From Felis catus (Eukaryota): 64,000 nucleotides of DNA. The notes under the pieces are model-generated. The model had not been told where the DNA came from. It searched no databases and saw only the letters and a program-made list of their open reading frames with translations. The stretch is from positions 38,752,001 through 38,816,000 of the forward strand of contig NC_058368.1 in assembly GCF_018350175.1 (NCBI RefSeq), read 5' to 3'. Made by a program: the position numbers and the translations under genes. How positions within the stretch are numbered: the stretch's first letter is position 1; every line of letters starts with the position of its first letter. Below are positions 12,831 through 26,776 of the stretch, in pieces.

Positions 12831-15800
12831 TGCACTCGGAGAAAGTACAGCCTATGAAGTTTCATAAGGTCCTGTCTCCACAGTGAAGGAGTAGCACTTC
12901 TAGCAGAGTTTCCCTATCAGTCCTAACCTCTGTCCACAGCTTTCCACGGGCTGACACAACATGCCTTATAACTCCATTATGACCTTGCAGTTCAGGGATG
13001 TGACTATAACGATATTAAAATTTTCCTGCTTTAATTGAGAGAGTTTAACAGGAAATAGGTTGAATTGATAATATTATATGGGGTTATATAGTGAGAACTG
13101 AAAATACTTTTAAGCCCTATAGGCAAAGGTCCGATATTTTAAAGATCCAAGCTCATTTCTTGGGTTGTTTTATTGTATCAATCTGCTAAGGAAAAAGAGA
13201 AAAGAAAAAACCCTAAGTATCTGAATCCTGTAAGTCCTTTACCTTGCCTTGGTATTGTCAGAATTTATTGGGCCTGTCAGAAGAAATCATTTGATTCAGC
13301 TATACTAGGTCTGAACTGTCATAAATGCTTTCTACTCTAAGAAATTTAGTTAGACCATAATTTATTTCATAAATATGTCTTCTTGATTGCTTCAAGATAC
13401 TAACGTGAAAAGAAGACAGATATAGAACTACAAAAAATCATCAACACTTGTCTCTGTTGACATTGTTTGTCAGGCTTTAATGTGTGCTAAATTTTCATGT
13501 AAACTTTTATAAAATTAAGACAAATGTAAGGTATTAGAGAAGGAGCCTAATTTTAGCAATTGAGGTTTTACATAATAAAATATGGTGTAATATCATTTTG
13601 CAAGCAGTAAGATATAATATAAAATCAGAAACTAATTAGAAATATAGTATTTTATCAATCATGGCTTCTGCCATTTTCAGCTTCCTTTTAAATCAGAATT
13701 GTCTAAAATTAAGGTATCTTAAATATTTTAGATGAATGATCTATCCTCCTGGTAGAATTAATATAAAACTAAAAATGATTTGCAAAGGGAAAGGTTTGAA
13801 AAGTTTAATAACCTATATTTAAAATGTAGCAAGACTTTTAGTACTTACATCAATTTTGGTATTAATGTCTTCCTAGTCATTTCTCAGACTATACTAATGT
13901 GTCCTTTAGTAATGACTTCCAACCTTTAAAATGTTGTTGGTGATATTTGTATGAGTGCAAGTATGTATTTACTGACTTGTAGTTACCCAGTGCAATGCAT
14001 TAGCAACATGTTAACAGTATGTTTTGAGAGTAATTTATTTTATAAGTTACCCTGTTGTCACATATATTGAAAACAGGGATATGTTTTTTAAAGGTCATGT
14101 GTAGCATACCTTGGATGGTGAATCACCAGTTTATAGCATTGCAAAAAAGCTACATTAAATAAAATTGATTTAAGTGGTTTATAAGTAGCCAATTTCTATA
14201 AATAATTATTTTATTGAGATTACAAAGTACACTTTTTATATAATTGTAATAAATTCAGTTTATTTTGTTCCACCAATCAGATAACCTTTTAAATACACCA
14301 TATTTGCATTTGAATGAATGAAATTTTAAAAATCACATAGAAGTAGTGCTTGTTTTTGCTTTTATGTTTCACGTTTGATTCCAGAGACTAATACTATGCA
14401 AAGGTCTAATAGTTAATGAGTAATAAAATATTATTTCAATAAGTGATGCTTTTATTTACCTAAAGTGTAACTCATTTAGTTTCACCTGTAATAAAGGTTA
14501 TTAATTAATACCAGTTGTTATTAGCACTAACTTGTTATTAATACCAGTTATTGTAATAAGGTGGGAACACCTACAGCATTCAAAAACATACTATAATTCA
14601 ACTCCTTTTATCAAAATAAAAGAAAAATAATTATATGCATTTAAGGCAAATTGAAAATAATTATACTAATTAATAGGTACTCCATTTGCAAGAGATTTAA
14701 AATGAACTGTATCATATATAATTATATTACATATTTATGTATTTGTATCCATTATATTAATAATAGGTAACATAGGTTTTCATTTGTAGCTGTATTATCA
14801 TATTTATACTGTTTTCACTACCTGAAACAGTAGTATTTTAGGAAAATCAAGAGTACATGTATTTATTACTACACCATATGAGCAGGATATAAATAGAGTT
14901 TAAATTAAGTTAGAAATGGTTTGTCTGCCATGTATGGTGATTTAAGCCTATAAAGTTCACACAAGAATTTTAAATATATTTTCTCTATATAGAAAATCGG
15001 ATGAATAGCTTCTTATATTTTAGGTTGTTAGTGTTTGCTTCAGCATTTGTCATCACTTGTCAGCACACTAACAAGCATCCTAATCTCAATGTTTGGCTGA
15101 ACTGCTATGAAATTTGGGCCCAAACCCTCCCCTGGGTTTGGATTTATGTCTGGACCTAGGTTTCATTTTTCTAGTGGATTGGCCATAGTGGCCAGGATCC
15201 TTTGAGTGCAGGTAAGAGAGGATGGGATGAAGAGGAGTTGGTAGAAAAACTCCTCAAAGAATGACAGTGCCTTTGACTTAGATATCTGATACCAAAATCT
15301 TAACTACTACTACAGAAGAAGGATAATTGCTTGAGAAATTCTGTAACCATGGAAACTTGATGACAGCACCGCTCAAGTACCCCTCAAAAAGGGGGTAATT
15401 CTGAACACCAATTTCTAAAGCTGATCTAGTTTTTAAGATTATTGCAACTCTAAGTGGCTTGAAATTGCCTTGGGGAAGGCTTGACTTCCAGTTTTTGTTC
15501 TAGTGGGACTCATGCCAAAGATCATGGTGACTTTTTGTTACTGCCTGTGTCATTGTGAATCATATTCCTTGATTACTCTTATTTCTAACGATCAAGAAAG
15601 ACCTAGTTATACACTTGTTTTGTCTCTATTTGAGCCATTTAGATGGAAAATGGTGAGGAGGAAGAGTAGGAAAGAGAACAAAATAAATGCAAGTGAATGA
15701 CATCTTTATTTCTAGAAGTAATACTTTAGAAATGACTTATTTTTAGCAAACTCCAGAGATGGTTTCTGACTACTGAGGAGTAATACAAATAGTTGACAAG

Positions 15801-15834
15801 TTCTTTTTTTTTTATGAGAACTTTCTCCCCACCC

Positions 15835-16215
15835 CCCAGTTTTATTGTGAAATAGTTGACATATGTCACTGTATAAATTTAAGGTACTCAGTATGATGGT
15901 TTGATTTACATGTAATGTCAATGGTTACCACAATAGGCTCAGGTAATATCCATCTTCTCATATGGAAAGAGTAAAAAGAAAAGGAAGAAAAGAATAAAGG
16001 AAAATTTTTCTTGTGATGAGAACTCTTAGGACTTACTCTCTCAACTTTCTTATATATCATGTAAGTATTAGATATAGTCTTATCAAGTTGTACATTACCA
16101 TCCCTAATACTTATTTATCATATAACTAGGAGTTTGTACTTGTTCACCACTCCCCTCCAATTCTTCCTCCTCCACCCCACCTCCACTTCTGGTAACTACA
16201 AGTCTGATCTCTTTG
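15835..16215 (-). mobile_element. L1 3' end (L1MA9-like/early carnivore)
   Basis: cagttttattgtgaaatagttgacata...tttcttgtgatgagaactcttagg...ctggtaactacaagtctgatctc. Confidence 0.8.
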
Positions 16216-16992
16216 ATGTTTTTGTGTCTGTTTTGTTTTGTTTTTTTCTACTGGTTACATAAGGATAGACCAATTCAGGTATTCATAGTTTGCAGTTTGG
16301 AAGGGATAATCTATTTTATGCAATAAATGTATTGTGACATTAAAATGATTTTATCAGCTATTTATATAAAATGCTAAATGTGAAATTTTGATGTAAATAG
16401 TTGTTTAAAATAAAAATGATGTACATATGCTTAGGAGATTGGAAGATTTTCATTTTGGAGCATTAACCTCCTTTTTCTTCCTACCATGTACCAAAAGGTA
16501 AAGTGACATATTCTTATGATAATTTCCTTTTATTTTGTTGTGATTACCGAGTTAAATATATTGGATGTTCTGCATAACACATAACACATAACATGAGGTA
16601 AACAATTATTCCAAAAGAAGATTTTTTTTTTCCAAAGAGAGCCTTTGATAGAACATAAGTAGATTGAAGACAGCGCTTTGTGGAACACTCCCTTCTTTTT
16701 CACTTTGCTTAACCATTGTAGACAGAGAGGTTTCACGGGATACTTGGATATGTAAAAAAAAGTTAAATAACACTTGTTTTGTGCTGATTTTAGATAAAGT
16801 TGTGATTTTTTCTCTGTACTGAGCACAGAAAATTTGGCTTCTCTTCTCTTTAAAGTTGTATCTAGAAATGTCATAGTATTAGAGTGTCCAAGTTTCTGGT
16901 TGGGGCCAACAAAGAAAATGTGATGTCCTTCATTTTGCCTGGTAAAATCAAAGTAGATATTTTTCTCCTTCTCCTAGAATCTACTCAAATAA

Positions 16993-16994
16993 TT

Positions 16995-17046
<52 letters not shown>

Positions 17047-17070
17047 TTTCTTTCTCTCTCTCTCTCTCTC
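16993..17070. repeat. (TTTC)n(TC)n compound microsatellite
   Basis: direct reading. Confidence 0.95.
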
Positions 17071-17985
17071 CCCGCCCCCCTCCTCCAGGCCCCCCCATAG
17101 ATAGCCAGAAAGCTAGGATATATATATGTTATATATATATTGCTGTATATGTGTGTATGTGTATATTGCTGCATATGTGTGTTCATTTTACCATATATTT
17201 TTTCTGTGTGCATGTGCACACATATGTATACATAGAGAGCACTATGCATATGTATTCACTAATTGTTGATGACAGTAAGTCTTAGATCTTTTATTGAGTA
17301 TCTTCAACCAAATTAGAACTTTCCCAATGATTAGAGTATTGTGTGAAAAGCCAGAATTATCTTGTCTCATGATTAAGTAACAAGAATGGCTTGACAAGAA
17401 TGGCTTGTCCAATGCCCAGGCTCATGGACATTTATGGAGGGGTTTGGGAATAAATGAATCCTTCCCATTTTGTTGTAATTAGACATAATTGTTGTGATCC
17501 TTGACTTTACCTTGGAAGAAAAATAGCGGAACCTTTTCTTCAGGAGCTCTACCCATTTTTAAGGTCACCTTTGACTCTCTAATGCTATTTGTGCTGTTTT
17601 TATGACAATTGCTAATCCAAAACGGAGCTGCACATTCTTTCTTTCCAGTGATTACTAGGAACTTCTTATGTGGAATTATGAAAGGAGAGAAGACAAATAT
17701 TTATGTCCCACTGGATAGTCATTGGGTGATTGTCTCAGCAGAGTGATTAGAAACCTTTCTGTGAAGGGTACTGATTTTGGTACTCAACGCCTTCCTCATC
17801 CTTTTACACTCTCCCCTGGAGGAACAATGTTGAGGGGTATGAAGTGACTGGAAACAATATTTCCTCAACTTATTTGTATGTAGCGTTTGGTTTGAATTTA
17901 ACAATGAGGGGTACTTATGAAGAGCTCTGGAAGATAAAAGAGAGATGCAGTCTGTTTGTGGTAGCAGCTGTGATAAAGTATGGGC

Positions 17986-18077
17986 ATTGTCAAATAGAAG
18001 ACTTTTTCTAAAATAGAAGCTATTTTTCTAAATTGTCAAATAGAAGACTTTTTCTAAAATAGAAGCTATTTTTCTAA
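17986..18077. repeat. Perfect 46-bp tandem duplication
   Basis: attgtcaaatagaagactttttctaaaatagaagctatttttctaa x2. Confidence 0.95.
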
Positions 18078-18084
18078 ACACATT

Positions 18085-18230
18085 CTGTCAATTACTATTT
18101 AACCCCACAACAATTTTATGAGGTAGGTACTTAGATTAACTGGATTTCGCAGAGTAGAAAACTGGTTGAAAGGGGATTAGAGTAACCTCCAGATGACACC
18201 CATTGACACAAAGCTGCAATATCTAGAAGG
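18085..18230. mobile_element. MIR
   Basis: atttaaccccacaacaattttatgaggtaggtact...agaaaactgg core-like motif. Confidence 0.6.
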
Positions 18231-19304
18231 CTTTAGATTATCAAGCTGTCTTGCTCATTACTGTAGCCCAGAATGAAAGTGTCAGAGTAGGGCTTTAAAG
18301 CTAGATGCTCTGCTGGGTCAGAATTCTGGCTCTCTGCACCATCCTGGTCTTGGATTAAAATAGCCTGGAGGCTTTAGCTAGCTATTCTAGACCACAGTTT
18401 CTTTTGTTCCTAAAGTTCCTTTGCCAAGTTGTTTCTGATTTTCTGTATTCCAGGTTTTCCTTCCTCTTTAGGTGCCAGATAGAATTGCTGTACTGAGCAC
18501 TAATGACATTTAGATTATTTGACCCCATATAAAGAATTGTTTTCCTGATGACGACAATAGGCCATACTTGTTTCTTATTATTGTTAAGAAAGAAGCTTAG
18601 AAGTGTATGTTTAGGGTGCATTGTTTCACCAATTATATTAATAATAAATGAAAAAGATGAAGCAAGCAAGTTTGATTTCCAACATTTGCTTTCTATTTTC
18701 AGTGTTTCATATCTCTAAATTGAGAGAACATAAAGCTCTAGGGATCTAAAAGATAAAAATATCTTTAAAATTGTAAATTCCAAGCTCCCAGTGAAGCATT
18801 GAAATTGCTAACTTGTCACAGGACAAATGCAGGAAACCATTTTTTTTCCCCCAATGACAGAAATTTTATTAGTAAATAGGGATACATCATAGAGTCCAGA
18901 AAATCTTATTAAAAGTACCCAACCTCCCACTTTCTGGGATCTGGGCCTGAGAATGCTGCTATGTACCTGAGATGAGTGAATACCTTTTTCCCTTGTTCAA
19001 ATGTAATTCCCATATTACCTATAGCATTTTTTATTCATGGTGTAAATATTAGTGTTGTGAGATAAAATTAAATCACAATCACTAATATAATGAAATGCAG
19101 AGAAAAGACTGGAAGAATCAAGTGTAGTGTTTGAAAAATCAGTAAGTTCCTTAGTATCTAGCAAATCCAGGGAGGATAATGGCTGAGAGAACCACAGGAA
19201 AACTGGATTGTATAAAGATATAGCCTTATCCGTATGGTAAAAGATGTGGGAAAAGCAGTACCAAGCACAATAATTGTATATAGACATGGGAGAAAAAATA
19301 CTCT

Positions 19305-19655
19305 ATTTTCTTAGTTCAAAATGCTGTACCAGAATACCGTGGACTGGGTGGTTTAGAAATAACAAAATTATTGGTGACACTTCTACAGGCTGGAAGTCTG
19401 AGATCAAGGTGCTCGCATGGTCAAGTTCTGGTGAGGACCTTCTTCTGGGTTGTAGACTGCTGACTTCCAATTTTATCCTCACAGGGCAGACAGCAGGGAG
19501 GGGAGGCACCACCTCTCCTGACTTGGTTGAGGGCACTAATCCCATTCATGAGGGCTCCATTCTATGACCTTATCTCATGCTAATTACCTTTCCCAGCTCC
19601 GTCTCCTAACACTATCACATGGGGATTTGAGGTTTTAACATTGAATTTTGGAGCA
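19305..19655 (-). mobile_element. MLT1A-like solo LTR (ERVL-MaLR)
   Basis: gactgggtggttta...aggctggaagtctgagatcaaggtgc...gggcactaatcccattcatgagggctcc. Confidence 0.85.
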
Positions 19656-20062
19656 TATCCTTAACTACATTCTCCCAACTCCAGTTATTTTGGTTTTGAA
19701 TACATTGTACAATAAGTGAACACTGTTAGATTCAGGATTTTCCTCTGAGTTTAAGAAATTCAGATTTTAGAGGTAATTCTTTATCAAAATCTGTTAACTC
19801 AGGAATACTTAGGAGCTTTTTGTTAGTCCTTTTGAGGAGCAATGAATGACGTCTGTATTGATTACTACCACATAAAACTCTGAGAATTTGATGGTGAAGA
19901 AACTTATGAACCAGTCTGGAAAATAAGAGTTCATGATTCTGATGTAAGTAATGAAATGGAAGTGGAAACTGAAGGTCAAATTGCTTTTCTAAAGATCAAG
20001 AACCATGAAGTAGGAGAGCAAAAATCAGATAGAGGCTCTTAGCCATGTGATTGATGTTTTGT

Positions 20063-20279
20063 TTTTGTTTGTTTTAATTAAAAAAAATTATTTATTTTTG
20101 AGAAAGAGAAAGAGCATGAGCTGAGGAGGGGCAGACAGAGGGAGACACAGAATCTGAAGCAAGCTCCAGGCTCTGAGCTGTCAGCACTGATCCCAGTGCA
20201 AGGCTCGAACCCATGGACAAAGAGATCATGACCTGAGCAAAAGTCAGATGTCTAACCCACTGAACCACCCAGGCTCCCC
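20063..20279 (-). mobile_element. Can-SINE
   Basis: ...gaaccacccaggctcccc head; tgatgttttgt on both flanks. Confidence 0.95.
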
Positions 20280-21309
20280 AGGTCACTGATGTTTTGTAAA
20301 AGCAGTTGGTAAGGTAGTAACCCATCCTACATGGAGAAATGAGGCTGTACTTAGAGGGGAATCTCCCAATGTTAATACTGGCTTAGTTATAAATTTTTTA
20401 AAAAACTAACTTAAACCCAAGTAATAAAATTCCCTTGAATTTAATGATTTCCAAAATAGACAAAGATAATACCAAATTTGTTCAACTATTGATCAACGTA
20501 CTATACTTTAACTGTGAAATTATTTGTTAAAATATTTAAAACTATTTAATAAAACATTAAGCTCTGTGTGAATCAGTGCTTAAGCAATCTTCTGAAATCA
20601 ATATGGAGATAGCAATATATATTGGAAAGAAAGATAAAATAGAAAAAATAAAACTTCTAAAGAAATTGAAATTTAGGATTTGATACTTTTTTGGAATGAT
20701 GAAAGAAACAAGTTTTAAACTATAATGTATCATCAGGCAACAAGTATGGGAAATTACCAGCTTCTCTGCTTTCAAGGATCTCAAGGCCAAGTGCATTTTC
20801 TGTCATCAAGGATAAAAGAGCTGACCTTAAAGTTGATTTACAGGGTCGTCTTCATTTCTTTACAGAATTTTATGAGCACTTATATAGCTTTCATACCTTA
20901 GGCAACAAAATGGCAATGGTAGAATTGCCCTTTTTTAAAAATGTATTTTTTTCATTTCAAAACAAAAATGAGTTTTGACATAGAGCTACAGAATTCAGAC
21001 AGGAAAGAGAGAAAGATAAATGATTCTGGAAATGAGTGTAATACACTACATATGTTTTAACATGTACATATGATAATTATAAGAGATATGTGGAAGTAAA
21101 ATATCTCCAGAATTTTTAAGAATAATGGTTTAGATTTGGAAAACCTATGTTTCATTGAGCTCATGTTTATTTTAAATACATGATTAATTTCTGGTTTCCA
21201 AGGAACATATGTTCTTCAATAGTATATATTACATTAGAAACAGAGTAGATGAACTTTCTATTTTCTGTCTCTTTGAAGAGGAAAGTCTTCCTTCAAGAAT
21301 GCACTGGTT

Positions 21310-22062
21310 GAAATGCAAATCACAACTACAGTGAGACACCAACTTACACCTGTCAGAATGGCTTAAATAAAAAAGACAAGAAATGGCCAGTGTTGGTGAG
21401 GATGCAGAGAAAAAGCAACCTCATGCACTGTTGGTGGAAGTGCAAATTGGGGCAACCACTATGGAAAACAGTGTGGAGGTCCCTCAAAAAATTAAAAGTA
21501 GAATTACCATATGATCAAGTAATTCTATAGTATTTGGGTATTCATCCAAAGAAAATGAAAATAGTCATTCAAAAAATATGTATGCACCCCTGTGTTTATT
21601 GCAGCATTAGTTACAAATGCACCCCTATGTTTATTGCACCATTTTTAAAAAAGCAAGCCAAATGTCCCTTGATAGATGATAAAGAAGAGATGGTGTGTAT
21701 ATACAATGGAAGATTACTAAGCCATAAAAAGAATGAGATCTTTCCATTTGCAACAACATGAATATGCCTAGAGGGTATAAGGCTAAGTGAAATAACCTGG
21801 TCAGAGGAAGACAAATACCATATGATTTTACTAGTATGTGGAATTTAAGAAACAAAAACGGAGAAAAGAGACAAAAAACCAGACTCTTAAATACAGAGAA
21901 TAAACGTGATTGCCAGAGGTTGAGGCAGGTGGGGAATTGGGGGTACTAGATAAAGGGAATTAAGAGTATACTTACCTTGAACACTGAGTAATGTATAGAA
22001 TTGTTGAGTGATTACATTTTATACCTGAAATGAATAAAACACTGTATGTTACACTTCATAAA
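21310..22062 (+). mobile_element. 5'-truncated L1 (ORF2 C-terminus and 3'UTR), carnivore-type
   Basis: aaatgcaaatcacaac...cacctgtcagaatggc; translated remnants such as KKNEIFPFATT; internal 27-bp duplication at 21582/21617. Confidence 0.9.
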
Positions 22063-22079
22063 AGAACGTAGTAAATTTA

Positions 22080-22287
22080 TTTCTTTAAATGTTTTATTTA
22101 TTTTTGAGACAGAGAGACAGAGCATGAGGAGGGGAGGGTCAGACACAGAGAGGGAGACACAGAATCAGAAGCAGGCTCCAGGCTCTGAGCTGTCAGCACA
22201 GAGCCGGACGTGGGGCTCGAACTCACCGCAAGATCATGACCTGAGCCAAAGTCGGACGCCCAACGGACTGAGCCACCCAGGCACCCC
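22080..22287 (-). mobile_element. Can-SINE
   Basis: TSD gaaYgtaRtaaattta at 22064-22079 and 22288-22303. Confidence 0.95.
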
Positions 22288-22714
22288 GAATGTAATAAAT
22301 TTAAAGATCTATTTAGAACTCAACCCTATGTTTTTTCAACAATTATATGCTAACATCACAAACACACATACATTTATAAAACTCTCAAGGATACATACTT
22401 TTAATATCGACACTATGAAGTATGTCTCTCATATACAATACAGTATTACTACAAAAACTACAGATGCATTGGTTGGGGTGTAGTATGTATGTAATATATC
22501 TCTTTGCAAAATTGAAATGGTTCAGGACCTAGGTCATGGTTGAATATGTATATGTACTTTAATACTGTGATGTCCTTAACAGTATGTGTCTAGACACATA
22601 TTTCATTTAAGTGGGTAGTTTTGTAAAAGGTTTTGTAGGAGGCTATTACTTTGAAATGGACTGGAAACTTCCGGGTAGAAGAGAGAATGAGCTGTTGAAA
22701 CACAAAATACCTTG

Positions 22715-23330
22715 TATATTTAATTTGAATTTCCCATTCTCATGAGAATGAGATCTTCACATCTTTCCTAGTCATTCAAATATATTTTTTTGGTAAAATG
22801 TCTCTTTAAGTATTCTCCCACATTATTTTTTAAATGAGTCATCTGTCTTCCTATTACTGATTTATGAGAATTTTTAAGTGTATAGTGATACCTACTAAAA
22901 CTGAACATATGTATACTAAAGACCAGAAATTCTAGCCCTGGTATAATACTCTCCAAACATATATCTGTATATGTAAAATTGCATAACCAGGAATTTTATG
23001 GTCTCATAAAATGTGCAATAGCTAAAACCTTTAAATAATCGAAATATTCATCAACCGGTAAATGTATATCATTATATCCATGTAATAGAATATTATATAA
23101 CATTGAGAATGAACTTTGTGTATAATGATGAGTCTATCAGATATAATTTTGCATGTATAAGGACATACACAAAAGAATATAGGTCACATTTTCCATTAAT
23201 AATGTGAGATACAGACAAAATATGTTTGTAGTGTTGGAAGTTATGACAGTACTGTCCTTGGAGTAGATGGTTACTGAGAAGGTGCACAAGAGGGTCTCTG
23301 GTGTGTTGGTTGTGTTTTATTCATTGGAAT
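22715..23330. mobile_element. Ancient L1M, antisense piece (to ~22880) joined to sense piece
   Basis: ggtaaaatgtctctttaagtattctccca (antisense ORF2), then aaaactgaacatatg...gaccagaaattctagcc (sense). Confidence 0.55.
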
Positions 23331-25156
23331 TTACCATTTTCAGGCCCAGACTTTGAAAACATGGATTTATTTGAAAACAGCAAAAAGATTCAGATGGTAC
23401 GATTCACTCATTTATTGTCACATTTCTACAGAATCATTAAGTTAAAACCTGATCAATTCCAAAACTGTCTTATCCTAAACATTAAAATGAGTTGGAAAAA
23501 GTTCTTAATGGATTTCAAAACCTCTAGACATAGCAGTATTGTCTAAATCAATTATAGAACTTATTGATCGTCCAAGATCTATTGCTTAGTGCATGGTTTG
23601 TGGAAACAAGGAGGTAACACCATCAGACAAAAATAATCTTAGCATAAAAGCACTGGATCCACTATGTTTTTAGATGGACAATGAAATATCTACACATCAT
23701 AACTACGTTTTTAATTTCCTCCCTACTTATTTTCTATACCAATAGCATGCCATAAAATGCAAAAATTTTAAGAAATTATAAGTATCTTCACTTCCTATTT
23801 TCCTTCAATTATATTGGATTTAGTGAAACTAAGAGAAATAACTGTGTATTTTAAGATAAATTCTTATGCAATATACATGTGAAAACTAGAAAATATTCCT
23901 AAAGAGGCTGTGTAACTATTTCAATATTCATAAGTAGAGAAAAGTAGAGTGTTTACAAGATTTAGTTCTAGATATGAAAGGGGAAATTTTTCTGTCTGTA
24001 GCATACAGTACACGCAATTTTAATAAGTAATATTTTAAGAAGGAAATTATATAAAATAAAAAATTCAGATTATAGGCAAGAAAAATCCCACTGAAAATAG
24101 TTAGAACAAACTTCCTATAACACACTACTGATAATAAATTCTAGTGTTCACTAAATAATAATCTAAAATCAAATGCTTCACTTAGCAGAATATTAAACCA
24201 AGTGAGTTAAATATATAATTTTGTCTGGAAGAAAGCATACAACACTATGTTGAACCGAAAATACATAATTTTATGTTGAAGAAAAATAACAGTGCTTCCA
24301 GGCTTGTAAACACAGAAAGTTATTGCTAGTCTTCTGGTCAGTCCTGGCGAGCAGTAGATTTAAAGATGAATGCAAATTTCATGAACTAAATATTGCACAT
24401 CAACCTTAGTTTGGTTATATGGAGTTCTTAGTTTCTTTTGAGAATAATTGTTTCCATTGGTTAAGTTTGAAACAGATGTAGTTATCTCCTATACTACCTT
24501 GCTTATAGTTTATAATGAAGGGGGGAGGTTATAGATTAAATGTTGCCATCATCACATTTATCTGACAAATATTTTTATATGTAAGCCTGCACACATACAC
24601 AGAAATTTCCTAAAACTTGTTCTACAAAGCCTGACTAGGTCCTAGTTTGCTGTTGTGTAAGATACTTCAACCACTGAGTTGCGGAAAGGGTTCACTCTGG
24701 GTTCATTTTCAGAGTCAGGTTTCTCTTACTCCTACGGTCAATTTGAGGTGACAGGAAATGCTCCATACCAGTAACTGGACTAGAGGAATTTAGGGATTAA
24801 GCACAGGTGACCTCACTAAAGATCTAGGTGACACATAGTTTTGCATATCTAGAGTGTCTAAAATATTTTACCCAATTTCATAATTTGAATACTTTTAATG
24901 TTGCTAATGGGAACTCATATCTAATGTTTGCAATGGTTACTAATCAACCATTAACTTCACCAAGAAAAACCTATGTATGACCTTCATATGCTAATTAGCA
25001 GCATTTCTGGACTTGATCAGAAATTAAAGTGGCTGAAATATTTGTAAGAATCATATCTGGAGTTTGTTCTTTCTGCTAAAATAATAGTTGATTACCCTTA
25101 GAGTACATGACTAGCCAATCTGAATTATCATTTAATTCATTTTTTTAAATCCACAA

Positions 25157-25158
<2 letters not shown>

Positions 25159-25190
<32 letters not shown>
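25159..25190. repeat. (AT)n microsatellite
   Basis: direct reading. Confidence 0.95.
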
Positions 25191-25195
<5 letters not shown>

Positions 25196-25269
25196 TACTA
25201 TATGATACGATCTATGAAAACTCAAGAGCATTTTATTGAAAAGTTACTATAAAAATATGAGAAACTCTA

Positions 25270-25430
25270 GGGTGCCTGGGTGGCTCAGTCGGTTGAGCGT
25301 CCAACTCGTGATTTCAATTCTTCGATCTCATGGTTCGTGAGTTCAAGCCTCACATCAGGCTCTGTGCTGACAGCATGGATCCTGCTTGGGATTCTCTCTC
25401 TCCCACCCCCTCTCTCAAAAAAAAAAAAAA
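25270..25430 (+). mobile_element. Can-SINE followed by (TA)n
   Basis: gggtgcctgggtggctcagtcggttgagcgt head; poly-A tail. Confidence 0.95.
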
Positions 25431-26390
25431 TATATATATATATATGGAGGAGTGAGAGATACTATTGAATTCCAATGCACTTATTTAAGGGAGGGGCAGG
25501 TGGCTAAAGCCTGCTAAGGAGAGAAGCTGGAGGAAATCTTTTTAAATTCTTTTTTTTTTTGAAATATTTTTAAGTTCTGATAGTGTTGGTACACACTTGA
25601 GTAGCTTCAGTACAGTGAAGGCCAGCCCACTTTTCTAAAGTCAGCAGCAGCTCATTCAGAAGTGCCAGTGCAGGTGTCAAGGAAGCCCTTGTTGAGGAAG
25701 AGCTGCTGGACAGAAATGAGTGGGTGACTCTCTGTACTTCTTTTCTCTAAAGGTGTAAAAGTGGCATTGTGACTACAGGAAATGCCTGGCCAGGTGGCAG
25801 CAAGCAGGAATGATGAAAAATGCCTTTCTTTGGACTTCTGGTTTTAACTATGACATGTAAAGAACCTGGAAGTTGTCACTCTCATCCTTCCAAAACTCGA
25901 AGAAAACTGAAAATGAATGAGTTTCCTTAGGCTCATCAATAATGAGATACCACTGCAGAAATATTAGAATGGGAAAAATCTATAAACCTGTCAGTATCAA
26001 TTGCTGGTGAGGGTACAAAACAATAGAAACTTTTCTTCATGGTTGATGGGAATGAAAATGTTACAGACATTTTATACGACTGGTATTTTCTTACAGAGTT
26101 AAACATAAATTTACTTTATGATCCAGCAATAATAGCTCTACTGATTTACACCCAATGGTCAGTAAACATGTTTACACAAAAGCATGTACATGAATGTTCA
26201 CTGCAGCTTTTTTCCTAATCATCAAAAGCTGGAAAAAATAAGATGTCCTTTAATAGTTGAATTGATTGACAACCTAAGACATTATTATATATTTCAATAC
26301 TATTCAGTAATAAAAAAAACTGTCAAGTCCTGGTTGAATCTTAAATGCATATTGCTAAATCAAAGAAACAGTCTCAAAAGGGTACATAGC

Positions 26391-26576
26391 GGGGTGCCTG
26401 GGTGGCTCAGTCAGTTAAGCATCTGATTCTTGATTTTGGCTCAGGTCATGATCTCATGGTTCCTGAGTTCAATCCCCACTTTGTAGAGCCTGCTTGGGAT
26501 TCTTTCCCTCCCTACCGCTCCCTGACACTATCTCTGTTTCTGTCTCTCTCTTTTCAAAATAAATAAATAAACTTTT
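26391..26576 (+). mobile_element. Can-SINE (older type, internally deleted)
   Basis: ggggtgcctgggtggctcagtc...cttgattttggctcagg. Confidence 0.9.
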
Positions 26577-26776
26577 GGGGTGCCTGGGTGGCTCAATTGG
26601 TTAAATGTCCTATTTCAGCTCAGGTCATGATCTCATGGTTTGTGAATTCAAGCCCTGCGTCGGGCTCTGTGCTGACAGCTCAGAGCCTGGAGCCTACTTC
26701 AGATTTTGTGTCTCCCTCTCTCTGCCCCTTCCTCCCTCCCTCTCTCTCTCTCTCAAAATTAAATAAACATTAAAAA
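26577..26776 (+). mobile_element. Can-SINE inserted in the tail of the preceding SINE
   Basis: aaataaataWactt on both flanks. Confidence 0.95.

Noticed and set aside
16884..17285. 133-aa ORF
   Set aside because: Open only because it runs through (TTTC)n and TA/TG low-complexity sequence.
19883..20042. Protein-looking open frame EFDGEETYEPVWKIRVHDSD...
   Set aside because: Bounded by stops, no good acceptor, no recognisable homology; such frames are expected by chance in purine-rich DNA.
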